DNA from: an uncultured Chloroflexia bacterium
GTDB lineage: Bacteria > Chloroflexota > Limnocylindria > Limnocylindrales > CSP1-4
Reading direction: 5' to 3'
Assembly (NCBI GenBank): GCA_963801745.1
Contig: CAWDFY010000004.1
Span: forward strand, 640,312-704,311
DNA: 64,000 nt
In this document: positions 49,759-60,445 of the stretch, one piece after another
Position numbering within the stretch: the stretch's first letter is position 1
Layout of the letters: every line of letters begins with the position of its first letter
Program-made: the position numbers and the translations under genes
Notes under the pieces: model-generated
The model's input: the letters and a program-made list of their open reading frames with translations, nothing else
What the model was told of the DNA's origin: nothing
Database searches by the model: none

Positions 49759-52504
49759 CTAGCGGAGGACGAAGAACTGGTCGAGCGTGACCCTCGGGTG
49801 CCCGGCGGTGCCCGAGATCACGATCCGGATCGTGCGCGCGGTGCTCGTCGTGAACGAGCGCTGGAACACGATGCGCTTGTCGACGTACGTCGCCGAGAAC
49901 AGGTTCACGGTCGAGGCGAGCGAGCCGTTGATGTACACGCGGGCGGTCCCGTAGATCGGACCGGTGCGGCTGAGCCAGCCGATCCGGTTGCCGGTGAACG
50001 TCAGCGACGCGCTGGCGTTCGCGGCCTGGCCCCACTTGGCCTTGCCACCGACGTAGATCGACGAGCTCGTCGTGCTCCAGGCCCCGGTGTACTTCACCGA
50101 GCTGCTGGACTCGCTGTAGCTCAGCGTGCGGAACGTCGGCGTGTACTTGCCCGAGCTTGTCAGGCCGCGGCCCTTGTCCTTGACCAGCACGCGGTAGCGA
50201 TACGTCGCGGACGACGTGCTGAGGTTGGCCTGGTAGGTCAGGGTCGGGTGGTTGACGGTCGCGACGGTCGCGAACGCGCCGCCGTTGACCTGCCGCTGGA
50301 TGACGTAGCCGGCCACGCCGCTGCCGCCGGGGTTGTCCGTGCCGGCGGTCCAGGAGATGCGCACGGGAATGCTGGACTGCCCGGTCCCGGCCACGATGTG
50401 GCTGACCGCCGCGACCGGGTTCGGCGGGGTCGCGTCCGAGTTCAGAGTCAGCTCGATGTCGTCCTGCACGGCTGACGCCGACACGTTGCCCAAGCTGTCG
50501 ATGAATTTCACGTACACGGTCTTGGGGCCGAGGCCGCTCGAAAGCTGCCACGGCACGCTCGCTGCGTACGGGACGGGCGTGGCACCGGTGAAGTCGGTGC
50601 TGTTCGAGATCAGGACCGAGGCCACGGTCGAACCGGCGTCCGAGGCAGTGAGCCCAAGCGTGACGCTGATGGTGTCGGTCGTGGGGGCGCCACCGTTGAT
50701 CTCGACCGTGCCGGTCGGGGCGGTGTTGTCGAGCACGATGGTGTCACTGATCGGGGTCGACCAGTTGCCAGCGGCATCGCGCCACTGGGCGTAGACACGC
50801 TCTTGGTGCCCTCGCCGCCGGACAGCGTCCAGGCGACCGGCGTGGTGTACAGGAACGACGTGGCGCCGGCCCCGTTGAGACGGCCGCTGCCGTCGGTGCC
50901 GCCGCTGTTCGACAGGCGGACGAGGCTCATGCCGCTGCCGACGGCCGGGTTGTCCGTCGCGGGGACCGCCACGGAGACCGCCGGGTTGGTCGTCCCGGCC
51001 GCGCCGGCGTTGATCGTCACCGTGCCGGTCGGCGCGGCAGCTGTCCGACGCGGGAAGCGGCATGTAGTTGTGCAGGAACACCTTGGCGTTGCCGCCGGCC
51101 GACGACGACAGGTTGTTCGCGTTGACGACGATGCCGCTGGCCGCCGTGACGACCTGCTTCGTGGTGGTCGAGTCGTCGATCAGGGTCTCGGTCGCACTCT
51201 TGATGAAGGGGACGCCACGCTGCGTGGTCTGCGTCGGGCGCGTCGCGGAAGACGAACGCGTCCGGACCGGTGAGCGGGGCCGAGCGGCGGTAGACCGCCC
51301 CGCCGCCGTTCGGCGAGGTGAGGAATACGTACGCGGTTTGGAGTTGCTCGCTGATGACGACCTGCGGCCTCGTGTCGCAGTCACCGACGGTGGCGACGAG
51401 GTAGGTATTCCAAGTCCCGCCCGGCGTGCGTCGGAAGAACGGGATGTTGCGGCCGGTCCTTGTTGGTCGCGCACAGCGTGGTCTCGGCGCGGGTCTTGCC
51501 GACCATGTAGACCGTGCCATCGCTGGTGGTCTTCATGTTGATGTGGTTGTCGGCTTCGTTGTTGACCAGGTTGGGCAGCTTGGGCAGCTCGACCTGGTCC
51601 AGTTGCCTTCGACGGTCGGGTCCGCCCCGGCCGCGATCGTCGCGAAGTAGTACCCGTTGTCCGTGGCGGCGGGCAGGTCGTCCTGGTCGCTCCAGATGAC
51701 GCCGATCGTGTCCTTCGTCGGGCTCCCGAACGTGATGACCGCAGCCGAGTCGCTGCGCGACACGGCGCTGGCGCCCATCTCGGACTTGATGGAGTTGCCG
51801 ACCTGCGACGGGAGCTGCGCGGCCGGCGTCCACGTCGCGCCGTCGGTCGTCCGAGTAGCTGTAGCGGACCTGCGGTGCCCTGCGGCCACACGGCCCACAG
51901 GCGACCGCTCGAGTCCTTGTCGATGGTCACGGTCCACGCGCCACCGCGGAACGCGGGAGCGGCCGTCGAGGCCGTGCCGGCGATCGGCACGTTCGCCAGG
52001 ACCTGCGTGTAGGCGTCGGTGGTCGCGTTGTACGTGTACTTGAAGAACCGGACGTCGTCCGCCGTGGTGGGCACGGCGAACGGGTCGGCTGTTGTTGGGC
52101 ATCGCCACGGACATCACGTACAGCGTAGTTCGTGGCCTCATCCCACAGGTAGTCGGCGTGCGAGTTGTCGCGCGCGTCGACGATGGTCGGCGTGCGGGGT
52201 CCACGTGGTCTTGTCGGCGCTCAGCTTCCAGATCCGGTTCTCCGACGCGAGGCGGCGACGAGGTGAACAAGAACATCCCGGCCCACCACTGGACGGCGCC
52301 GCCGTCCTCGTCGGTGTACCAGACCTTGGACTGCGGCTTGTCGCCGTTCGGACGGAACGCACCACCGCCGTAGGCGTGGTCGCGATATCCGTTCGTGACG
52401 GGCGTGCCGGCGAGGACGGTGCCGGCCGCGACGAGCGTCGCGAGTCCGGCTGCCGTCAGGACGGTCGCCAGACGACGGCGACCGGAGATCGGGGCTAGAG
52501 ACAT
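49759..52504 (-). pseudogene. Large secreted multidomain protein (propeller-like N-terminal region, Ig/FN3-like repeats, C-terminal jelly-roll-like domain), many frameshifts
   Basis: Signal peptide at 52504. Coherent segments in all three frames (WYTDEDGG, IGVIWSDQDD, YAQWRDAAGNWSTPISDTIVLDNTAPTG, VAGYVIQRQVNGG). The last ~330 aa lie in one frame. Confidence 0.65.
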
Positions 52505-52654
52505 GGACGAGGGACCCCCTGGATGATTGCGGACGGCCCGGGGTCCGATAGGACCATGCGGAGGCGTCCCGATGAACGACTGGCCTAGCAGGATACGCGA
52601 CCCGACGTAAAGTGGCGTTCAACGCCCCACGTTTCGGTGACGGTGGGCAACGTG

Positions 52655-53539
52655 TCACGCACCGCGGGCATCGGCGACCAGCTCCCGGGCCGCTGCGATG
52701 ACCAGGTCGGGGCGGTCGGCCTGGATGACGTGGCCCGCGCCCCAGGCGATCTCGTAGCGCACGTTGCCGGGCGACAGCCCACCGTAGGCCGACTCCCACG
52801 CCGTCGCGATGGCCTCGTTCGTCGCGTCGTCGAGCCGGGGCTCGCCGCGCGGAGCGCGCAGCACGACGACCGGGACGCCCGAGACGTCGGCGTCGCGGAG
52901 CTGCTGCTCGGATGTCGGCCAGTCGAGGTCCTCGACGCCGGCGACCATGTCCCGCAGGCCCTGCGCCCGACCCTCGTACTCGCCCCGCAGGTCGCCGAGG
53001 AGCGGGTGGATCCAGTCGGTCTCGAGGTCGACCCCGAAGCCGTCGACCAGCACCAGGCCGGCCATGTCGTCGCGGAACCGATCGGCGAAGACCCGCGCGT
53101 AGGCCTCGCCGAGCGAGTGCCCGACGACCACGAACGGCGGCGACTCGCCGGCGGTCTCCAGCAGCGTCCGCAGGTCGTCGGCGGCGTCGGCGACGGTGTG
53201 TCGGCCGCGGGGATCGCTCGAACCGCGGCCCGCGCGGTCGTAGGCGCAGGTGCGGGTCGTCGCGGCCATGCCGTCGAGGACCGGGCTCCAGCCGGCGACC
53301 CCGTCGCCCATGCCCGCCTCGAGCACGATCGTCGGCGAACCGCTGCCGCGACAGTCGAGGTACAGCGAGCGCCCGCCGATGTCGACGCGCTCGCCGCCGC
53401 CGAGGTACGGCGCCGGGACGCGGTGGCGGGCGAGCCACGCCTCCGGGCCGCCGACCCGGGCGACGTCGATCGCCACGGCGATGGCCAGACCGGCGATCAC
53501 GACCAGCGCGAGACGGAGCGGCTGGCGAAGGACGCCCAT
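52655..53539 (-). CDS. Alpha/beta hydrolase, membrane-anchored or secreted
   Basis: Intact 294 aa. N-terminal TM helix, nucleophile elbow VGHSLGE, C-terminal GAGHVIQ. Confidence 0.8.
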   Translation of the reverse strand: MGVLRQPLRLALVVIAGLAIAVAIDVARVGGPEAWLARHRVPAPYLGGGERVDIGGRSLYLDCRGSGSPTIVLEAGMGDGVAGWSPVLDGMAATTRTCAYDRAGRGSSDPRGRHTVADAADDLRTLLETAGESPPFVVVGHSLGEAYARVFADRFRDDMAGLVLVDGFGVDLETDWIHPLLGDLRGEYEGRAQGLRDMVAGVEDLDWPTSEQQLRDADVSGVPVVVLRAPRGEPRLDDATNEAIATAWESAYGGLSPGNVRYEIAWGAGHVIQADRPDLVIAAARELVADARGA

Positions 53540-53557
53540 GCGCCCTACCGTAGCGGC

Positions 53558-53830
53558 ATGTGCCGCAGCATCAAGACCCTCCGTCGTCCGGGTGAATCGG
53601 CGACGACCGGCGAACTGGAGGCCGCCGCCCGCCAGTACGTCCGCAAGCTCAGCGGCTATCGCGAGCCGAGCGCCCGGAACCGCGAGGCGTTCGAGTCGGC
53701 GATCGCCGACATCGCCCACGCGTCGCAGCACCTTGTCGAGGCGCTGGGCGTCGACGTCGAGGACGGTCCGAACAAGTGGATCGGGCGCGACGGCATGGTC
53801 CACCTGGAGCCGATCCGGATCCGCGGGTGA
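53558..53830 (+). CDS. DUF2277-family small protein
   Basis: The MCRSIKTLRRP...ARQYVRKLSGY start is typical of the family (recalled from memory). Confidence 0.65.
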   Translation: MCRSIKTLRRPGESATTGELEAAARQYVRKLSGYREPSARNREAFESAIADIAHASQHLVEALGVDVEDGPNKWIGRDGMVHLEPIRIRG

Positions 53831-55062
53831 CCACCGTCGCCGCTCCGTGGTGGGTCCGGCCGGGCCTCGGCATCGACGCCGACGACCGGCTGACGATCGC
53901 CGGCCGCGACGCCGAGCACCTCGCGCGGGAGCACGGCACGCCGCTGTTCGTCTACGACCTGGCGCGGTTCGCCGAGAACGCCCGCGCGATCCAGGCGGCG
54001 TTCGCACCGACCGGGCTGCCGTTCCACCTGCGGTTCGCGCTGAAGGCCAATCCGTCGCCCGAGGTGCTGCGCGTCTTCCGATCGCTGGGGCTCCCGGGCT
54101 CGCCCGAGTCGGTCGGGATCGACGCGTGCTCGCCCGGCGAGGTGGTGCGCGCGCTGGAGTGCGGCTGGCAGCCCGACGAGATCAGCTACACGGGCACGAA
54201 CGTGTCGGAGCGCGATCTCGACGTGCTCCTGCTCCACGGCATCCACGTCAACCTCGACGCCATCAGCCAGGTCGAGCGGTATGGACGGCGCGCGCCTGGG
54301 TCGCGGATCGGCATCCGCATCGACCCGGCGTCGGGCGCCGGCTACAAGCCGCACCTCGAGTACAGCGGCGACCGACCGACGAAGTTCGGCATCGGTCTGG
54401 AGCGCTTCGACGATGCGCTCGCTGCGGCGGCCCGGCACGACCTGGCGATCGACACGATCCACTTCCACGCGGGCTCGGGCTGGCTGGCCGAGGGCCTCGA
54501 CGCCTTCGAACGGGCGCTGCCGGCGGCGGTCGAGGCTGTCCGCCGCGCGCGGGCGGCCGGGCACGAGGTGGTCGAGGTCAACGTCGGCGGCGGGCTGGGC
54601 GTGCCGGCCCGATCGGACGAGACGATGGTCGACCTCGCGGCGTACGCGACGGTCGTCGCACGGGCGCTCGGGCCGCTCGGTGTGACCGTCACCGCCGAGC
54701 CGGGCGATGCCCTGACCAAGGACGCCGCGATCCTGCTGGGCGAGGTCGTGACCGTCGAGGAGCGTCGCGGCGTGACGTTCGTCGGGCTCGACATCGGCTG
54801 GAACGTGAACTGCGCGTACTTCATCTACGGCTTCGCCCAGGAGCTGGTCCCGTGCCGGCGGCCGGGCGCCGCGCGACCGTGGCGGGTGACCGTCGCCGGC
54901 CACATCAACGAGGCGAGCGACGTGTTCGCCGAGGACTACCCGATGGCGCCGGTCGAGGAGGGCGAGATCGTCGCGTTGCTCAACGCCGGCGGCTACCTCC
55001 AGGCGATGAGCTCCACGCACTGTCTCCGTCCGACCGGGACCGCGCTCTTCCTCGAGCGGTGA
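53827..55062 (+). CDS. PLP-dependent Orn/DAP/Arg decarboxylase family 2 (diaminopimelate decarboxylase-like)
   Basis: GTGA overlap with the DUF2277 gene. FALKANP (PLP lysine), HFHAGSG, GGGLGV, EPGDAL and NAGGY motifs. Confidence 0.8.
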   Translation: MTTVAAPWWVRPGLGIDADDRLTIAGRDAEHLAREHGTPLFVYDLARFAENARAIQAAFAPTGLPFHLRFALKANPSPEVLRVFRSLGLPGSPESVGIDACSPGEVVRALECGWQPDEISYTGTNVSERDLDVLLLHGIHVNLDAISQVERYGRRAPGSRIGIRIDPASGAGYKPHLEYSGDRPTKFGIGLERFDDALAAAARHDLAIDTIHFHAGSGWLAEGLDAFERALPAAVEAVRRARAAGHEVVEVNVGGGLGVPARSDETMVDLAAYATVVARALGPLGVTVTAEPGDALTKDAAILLGEVVTVEERRGVTFVGLDIGWNVNCAYFIYGFAQELVPCRRPGAARPWRVTVAGHINEASDVFAEDYPMAPVEEGEIVALLNAGGYLQAMSSTHCLRPTGTALFLER

Positions 55063-55072
55063 GGGCGGGGCG

Positions 55073-55945
55073 ATGACGGGTTCCGTGGATCACGAGGCGC
55101 CGCCGACCCGCCACATCTCGACGCGGTCGGTCGTGGCCGTCCGCGGCTCGTCGCTCGAGGTCCGGGCGGACCGGGTGGTCGGCGAGGCGCCGCTCGAGAT
55201 CCGGGCGGCCGGGCCGGGGCAGGACCCGGTCGCCGTGGCTGTCACGATGCGCACGCCCGGGCACGAGCCGGAGCTGGCGGTCGGATTCCTGCGGACCGAG
55301 GGCCTGATCGACGGGCCCGAGGTGGTCGACACCGAGGGCGGCGACCCGTCGACGCTGAACCAGCCCGACGACACGATCGTGGTGCGGCTCTCGCGGCCGT
55401 TCGACGCGACGGCCGTCGCCGAGCGCCACTTCGTGGCGACCGCGTCGTGCGGGATCTGCGGCAAGGCTTCGATCGACGAGGTCGCGCTGCGCTGCGCGCC
55501 GCTGCCGGACGGTCCGGTCGTGCCGCGCTCGGTGATCATCGCGCTGCCGGACCTGCTGCGGGCCGCCCAGAAGGCGTTCGACGAGACGGGTGGCGTGCAC
55601 GCGGCCGCGTTGTTCTCGCCGGGCGGTGAGCTGATCGAGATCCGCGAGGACGTCGGACGCCACAACGCGCTCGACAAGCTGGTCGGGTCGCAGGTGCTGG
55701 CGGGCGCGCTGCCGCTGCACGACCGGATCCTGATGGTCTCGGGCCGGGTGAGCTTCGAGATCGTCCAGAAGGCGGCGGTCGCGGGCATCCCGATCGTCGC
55801 CGCGGTCTCGGCCCCGTCCGACCTGGCGGTCGAGACGTCCGAACGGCTGGGGGTCACGCTGGTCGGGTTCCTGCGCGGCGACGGGTTCAACGTGTACAGC
55901 CACGACCGACGGGTCGACCTGCGCGACCTGACGGGCTGGGGCTAG
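55073..55945 (+). CDS. fdhD: Formate dehydrogenase accessory sulfurtransferase FdhD
   Basis: SCGICGK active-site loop, GGVHAAA and DVGRHNALDKLVG. Confidence 0.9.
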   Translation: MTGSVDHEAPPTRHISTRSVVAVRGSSLEVRADRVVGEAPLEIRAAGPGQDPVAVAVTMRTPGHEPELAVGFLRTEGLIDGPEVVDTEGGDPSTLNQPDDTIVVRLSRPFDATAVAERHFVATASCGICGKASIDEVALRCAPLPDGPVVPRSVIIALPDLLRAAQKAFDETGGVHAAALFSPGGELIEIREDVGRHNALDKLVGSQVLAGALPLHDRILMVSGRVSFEIVQKAAVAGIPIVAAVSAPSDLAVETSERLGVTLVGFLRGDGFNVYSHDRRVDLRDLTGWG

Positions 55946-55976
55946 GGAGCTACCGCCCCCGGGCCACCGGGCGGTG

Positions 55977-56115
55977 GTGACCGGCAGTCAGCACCGAGGC
56001 TCCGAAGGAACTGATCTCGGCTCAAACGAGGCCCTTCGTGACTGTCAGTCACCGGTCGGGCGACGTACAAGGCTCGATGCCGCGTCTCGACCCGTCGGTG
56101 CTGACTCCGGGTCAC
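55977..56115. repeat. Palindromic MITE/REP-like element, copy A (139 bp)
   Basis: Ends GTGACCGGCAGTCAGCACCGAGG... and ...TCGGTGCTGACTCCGGGTCAC are inverted repeats. Internal dyad GTGACTGTCAGTCAC. Confidence 0.75.
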
Positions 56116-56149
56116 CTAACCGGCAGATAAGCCCCAGTCGAGCGCCGTC

Positions 56150-56920
56150 GTGTTGGATACGACGATGGCAATCCGACGGCCATCAGTCGAGCGACTGGTC
56201 CAGCAGCGACTGAGGTCACTCGTCCGCAAGGTCGGTGACGACGTTAGGCGCGTCAGGATCGACACGTCTGCCAGCCAAGCTGCCGTAGCCCGCGAGGCTG
56301 GCATCGATCGATCGCATGTGACCCGGATCGAAGCCGGCATGACCCAGGCCAGCCTGGAGACGCTCGTTGCGATCGCGACGGCCTTGGGTGCCGATGTCAG
56401 CGTCCGCTTGTATCCGGGACGCGGCCTCGGCATCACCGACCGCCACCAGGCACCCATGATCGAGTGCCTGCTAGGCCAACTCGCGCCCGTATGGCGTCCG
56501 CACCTCGAGGTCGCGACGTTCCGGCCGGCGCGGGGGTTCATCGACACGGTCCTCGAACGGCGCGACCATCCACTCCTCGTGATCGGTGAGTTCGAGTCGA
56601 CGCTCCCGAGGCTCGAGCAGCAGATCCGATGGGCGTCCGAGAAGGCGGCCTCGATCGGCTCCTCGGATCTCGTCGGACCCGGTCCCGCGCCGCGGACTTC
56701 GAAGCTGTTGGTCCTGCGTTCGACGGAGTCGACGCGCGGTCTCGCCCGGACGTTCGAGAAGACGCTTCAGGCCGCCTACCCGGCGTCGACTCGCGAAGCC
56801 GTCGAGTCGCTCCGGACCGGCTCCCCGTGGCCCGGCGACGCCATCATCTGGTTCCGGATCCAAGGAGACCGCGTCGAGTTGCTCGACGGGCCGCCGCGGG
56901 GAGTCAAGCTCGGTCGATAG
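56150..56920 (+). CDS. XRE-family HTH protein with uncharacterised (possibly nuclease-fold) C-terminal domain
   Basis: HTH SQAAVAREAGIDRSHVTRIEAG. The C-terminal ~170 aa carry an H...IDTV...LLVIGEFES pattern. Bracketed by repeat copies A and B. An alternative start is ATG 56165. Confidence 0.65.
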   Translation: MLDTTMAIRRPSVERLVQQRLRSLVRKVGDDVRRVRIDTSASQAAVAREAGIDRSHVTRIEAGMTQASLETLVAIATALGADVSVRLYPGRGLGITDRHQAPMIECLLGQLAPVWRPHLEVATFRPARGFIDTVLERRDHPLLVIGEFESTLPRLEQQIRWASEKAASIGSSDLVGPGPAPRTSKLLVLRSTESTRGLARTFEKTLQAAYPASTREAVESLRTGSPWPGDAIIWFRIQGDRVELLDGPPRGVKLGR

Positions 56921-56922
56921 GC

Positions 56923-57071
56923 GTGACCGGGAGTCAACACCGAGGGTCCGAAGGTGCCGATGGGCGCGTCCAGCACGAAGGTGGGTGACTCACACGCACA
57001 CATCGACGCCGAACCGGCTCGATTCGGCGGTCATGGCGATCTTCGAGAGGCTGGTGCTGACTCTCAGTCAC
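56923..57071. repeat. Palindromic MITE/REP-like element, copy B (149 bp)
   Basis: GTGACCGGGAGTCAACACCGAGGGTCCGAAGG...GGTGCTGACTCTCAGTCAC. Starts 2 nt after the XRE stop. Its right end supplies the stop codon of the PPOX gene. Confidence 0.75.
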
Positions 57072-57504
57072 GGGCAACGGCGCTCCAGCGAGTCGCGCGC
57101 TCGATCGTCATCGCGATCGTCGGCCGGCGCTCGAGGTCGTGATCGCGGTACTGCGGGTACTTCGCCCGGAGCGACGCGATGACCGCGACCGGTACGTCCG
57201 CTGGCTCGACGAGCCTCGCGGATCCGGCCAGTCGCAGCCATGCCAGCTCGGACCAGTCCTCCGACCAGCGGTCGACCAGCAGCGTCACCGCCGGCCGCTC
57301 GTCGATGTCGCGCACGCTCGCGAGCGATCGCACGTCGGCAACGGCCTTCGGCTTCTCGTCGAGCGGCGTCCAGACGACGCCGTCGAGGAGCACGAAGCAG
57401 ACCGGCACCAGCCGCGGGCGACCATCGCCATCGATCGTCGCGAGCGTCGCCGTCCGCGCCGCCGCGAGGAGCTTACGGTCGGCCGGCGTCAGGACCGGGG
57501 GCAC
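57064..57504 (-). CDS. PPOX-class F420-dependent oxidoreductase (TIGR03668-like)
   Basis: ARTATLATIDGDGRPRLVPVCF...VTLLVDRWSEDWSELAWLRLAG...LRAKYPQY. Confidence 0.75.
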   Translation of the reverse strand: MPPVLTPADRKLLAAARTATLATIDGDGRPRLVPVCFVLLDGVVWTPLDEKPKAVADVRSLASVRDIDERPAVTLLVDRWSEDWSELAWLRLAGSARLVEPADVPVAVIASLRAKYPQYRDHDLERRPTIAMTIERATRWSAVARD

Positions 57505-58600
57505 TCGCCGGGCGCTCGTTGACGAACTCGAAGCCGAAGCGGCCCTTGATGCAGAGATGGCCCTCGGTCACCGTCGAGTCGAGCGGCGAGGTCACCTTGA
57601 GGATCCGCTCGTCCTGGACGTGCAGGTCGACCACACATCCGACGCCGCAGTACGGGCAGATCGTCGACGTCACGGTCTGGACGTCTGGATCCCACGTGCC
57701 ATCCGCTCGCATGTCGTACTCGGTCTTCGCCATGAGCGCCCCGGTCGGGCACACGCCGATGCAGTTGCCGCAATACACGCATGCCGACTCGGGCAGCGGG
57801 ACGGCGGCTTCGGTCGAGATCCGCGCGTCAAACCCGCGCCCCGCGACCGCGATCGCGAACGTGTTCTGGGCGTCCTCGCCGCACGCCTCGACGCACTTGT
57901 AGCAGAGGATGCACTTCGAGTAGTCGCGCACGTAGAGGTCGTTGTCGACCTTGGTCGGCTGGGCGACGGTGGCGGCGAACGCGGCCTCGACGCCGGTCGG
58001 CTCGTGATGGTGCCCGGCCTCCCGGGCGTCGCGCACGCCGGCCGTGGCGGGCGGCGCCGGCAGGCCGAACCGCGTCGGGTCGGCGCCATACCGCTCCATG
58101 TAGTCGTGGATCGTCCCGTCCGGCGTCGCGGGCCCGGTCAGCGACACGTCCACCGACGATCCGAGGAACTCGAGCACGACCTTGCGGGACGTGCGGACCC
58201 GCTCGGTGTCGGTCTGCACGTCCATGCCCGGCTCGACCCGCCGGGAGCAGGCGGGTGCGAGCACGCGCGACCCGGCGACCTCGACGACACAGACCCGACA
58301 GACGTTGACCGGGGTCAGGTTCTCCGCGTAGCACAGCGTCGGCGTATCGATGCCGAGCGCGCGACAGGCGTCGAGGATCGTCGAGCCGGTCGGGACCGTG
58401 ACCGCCTGCCCGTCGATCGTGAGCTCGACCGGTGTCGGTGCCTCGACGGGCGGCGGCGTCGGTGGCTTCGATGGCCGCGCCGGTGGCGACAGGACGATCT
58501 CGGTCAGCGGCTGCGCGGCAGGCGCCTGGCCCGCGTGCGGCGAATGCGGATCGGGGGCGGGGTCGCGCGTCATCGACAGGCCGGACGTGTCCTCGGTCAC
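57473..58600 (-). CDS. NAD-type formate dehydrogenase alpha subunit, N-terminal Fe-S module only (2Fe-2S, NuoG-type 4Fe-4S, 2x4Fe-4S ferredoxin, Molybdop_Fe4S4)
   Basis: LTIDGQAVTVPTGSTILDAC...CRVCVVEV; CILCYKCVEACG...CVYCGNCIGVCPTGAL; ICPYCGVGCVVDL...GHLCIKGRFGFEFV. Then the ORF ends. Its GTG overlaps the upstream stop. Confidence 0.8.
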   Translation of the reverse strand: MTEDTSGLSMTRDPAPDPHSPHAGQAPAAQPLTEIVLSPPARPSKPPTPPPVEAPTPVELTIDGQAVTVPTGSTILDACRALGIDTPTLCYAENLTPVNVCRVCVVEVAGSRVLAPACSRRVEPGMDVQTDTERVRTSRKVVLEFLGSSVDVSLTGPATPDGTIHDYMERYGADPTRFGLPAPPATAGVRDAREAGHHHEPTGVEAAFAATVAQPTKVDNDLYVRDYSKCILCYKCVEACGEDAQNTFAIAVAGRGFDARISTEAAVPLPESACVYCGNCIGVCPTGALMAKTEYDMRADGTWDPDVQTVTSTICPYCGVGCVVDLHVQDERILKVTSPLDSTVTEGHLCIKGRFGFEFVNERPASAPGPDAGRP

Positions 58601-60445
58601 AGGGCCACCAGCCCGGGCTGTCGGAGCGCCGACTCGATGGCCGACGATGCGGTCTGGCCGAGCCCGCAGATCGATGCATCGCGCATGGCCTGGCCGATCT
58701 CGCGCAGCAGGACCAGCTCCTCGTCACGCGTGCGGACGCGCGCCCCCGCGGCGAGCCGCGTCAGCAGCTCCTCCTGGCGCACGCTCCCGACTCGACACGG
58801 GACGCACTGCCCGCACGACTCATCGCGGAAGAAGCGGGCGATGCGCCGCAGCGTGTCGACGAGGTCGACGGTCTCGTCGAACACCATGATCACGCCCGAC
58901 CCGAGCGTCGCCCCGGCAGCGCGGGTGGCCTCGAACGTCAGCGGCATCTCGAGCGAATCGGGCCCGACGAAGACGCCGGCTGCGCCACCGAGCAGGATCG
59001 CCCGGATCGGGCGCCCGCCGCTGACCCCGCCGGCGAGCTCGATCAGGTCGCCGAGCGTCGCGCCGAACTCGACCTCGTAGACGCCGGGTCGCGCGACGTG
59101 ACCGGACAGGCAGAACAGCCGGGGCCCGGTCGAGCCCTCGGTGCCGATCCCGGCGTATGCCTCGCCGCCCAGCTCCAGCACGAGCGGCACGTTCACCAGC
59201 GTCTCGACGTTGTTGACCACGGTCGGCATGCCGAACAGCCCGACCTCGACCGGGAACGGCGGCTTGTTGCGCGGCTCGCCGCGCTTGCCCTCGATCGACT
59301 CGAACAGCGCGGTCTCCTCGCCACAGATGTACGCGCCGGCGCCGCGGCGCACCTCGATGTCGAACGCGACGCCGGACCCGAGGATGTCGGCCCCGAGCAG
59401 GCCGGCAGCGCGCGCGGCCGCGATCGCGTCGCGGACGTTCGCCTCCGCCTCCGGGTACTCGCCGCGGATGTACAGGTAGCCACGCGTGGCACCGGTCGCG
59501 AACGCGCCGATCGTCATCGCCTCGACCACCGCGAACGGGTCGCCCTCGAGGAGGACGCGGTCCTTGAACGTGCCGGGCTCCGACTCGTCGGCGTTGCACA
59601 CGAGGTAGTGGGGCTGTGCCGGCTGGGCGGCTACCGCGGCCCACTTGCGGCCGGTCGGGAACGCCGCCCCGCCACGGCCCATCAGCTTCGACGCGGTCAC
59701 CTCGGCGATGACCGCCTCCGGGCCGATCTCGAGCGCCTTCGCGAGGGCGGTGTAGCCGCCGTGCGCGCGGTAGTCGTCGAGCGACGTCGGGTCGACGACC
59801 CCGACCCGACGCAGCAGCCGGAGCGACGCGTCTGCCCGCCTGCGGGATCGAGGGCGGTCGCCGCCGCGTCGACCCGCCGTCGAGCCGGGCGACGATCCCG
59901 GCCGCGTCGACCGGCGCCGCGCTCATCACGCCGGGCGGATCGCCGGCGGTCGTGACCAGCGCGGCCGGCGCCAGGTCGCACAGCCCGAGGCAGGGCGATC
60001 GCTTCCAGCCGACGCGCCCGTCCCGTGCCGCCTCGCCCTCCGGCCCGACCGACCGCCCGAGGTCGTCGCAGATCGCCTCCGCCCCGGCGACGCGACATGC
60101 GATGTCATCGCAGACGTGGGCCACGACCGGCGGCCGCGGGGTGGTCGCGTAGAGCGCGTAGAACGTCGCGACGCCGTACGCCTCGGCCGGCGGCACCGCC
60201 AGCCGTCGCGAGATGTAGTTCAGGGCGGGCTGGCTGATCCAGCCGATGCGGTCCTGGACCGCGTGCAGCGCCGGCAGCAGCAGCGTTCGCTGCGAGCGGA
60301 GCGCATGCCCGCCACGGGCGGCGTGACCGTCGATGCCCGGCCGTCGGGTCCCGCCGACCCACCCGGACTCCGGCTGGCCGAGCACGCTGTCGACCGCCGC
60401 ACGCTCGGCGGGGGACGCGAGCGGCCCGATGACGTGCAGGTCCAT
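58597..60445 (-). pseudogene. NuoE-NuoF-like fusion (FdsG/FdsB; NAD/FMN/Fe-S diaphorase module), one +1 frameshift near 59830-59880
   Basis: NuoE part VCDDIACRVAG...CLGLCDLAP. NuoF part GRGGAAFPTGRKW, NADESEPGTFKDR, ESCGQCVPCR and CGLGQ. Confidence 0.8.

Noticed and set aside
57179-59080. 633-aa plus-strand ORF across the FDH Fe-S and NuoF genes, and similar long ORFs at 58432-59955, 42611-44035, 43611-45488, 35136-36665, 20698-22032 and 8402-9481
   Set aside because: All are antisense or out of frame to genes with clear motifs. Their Arg/Pro/Gly-rich composition is what a 70% GC sequence produces in non-coding frames.
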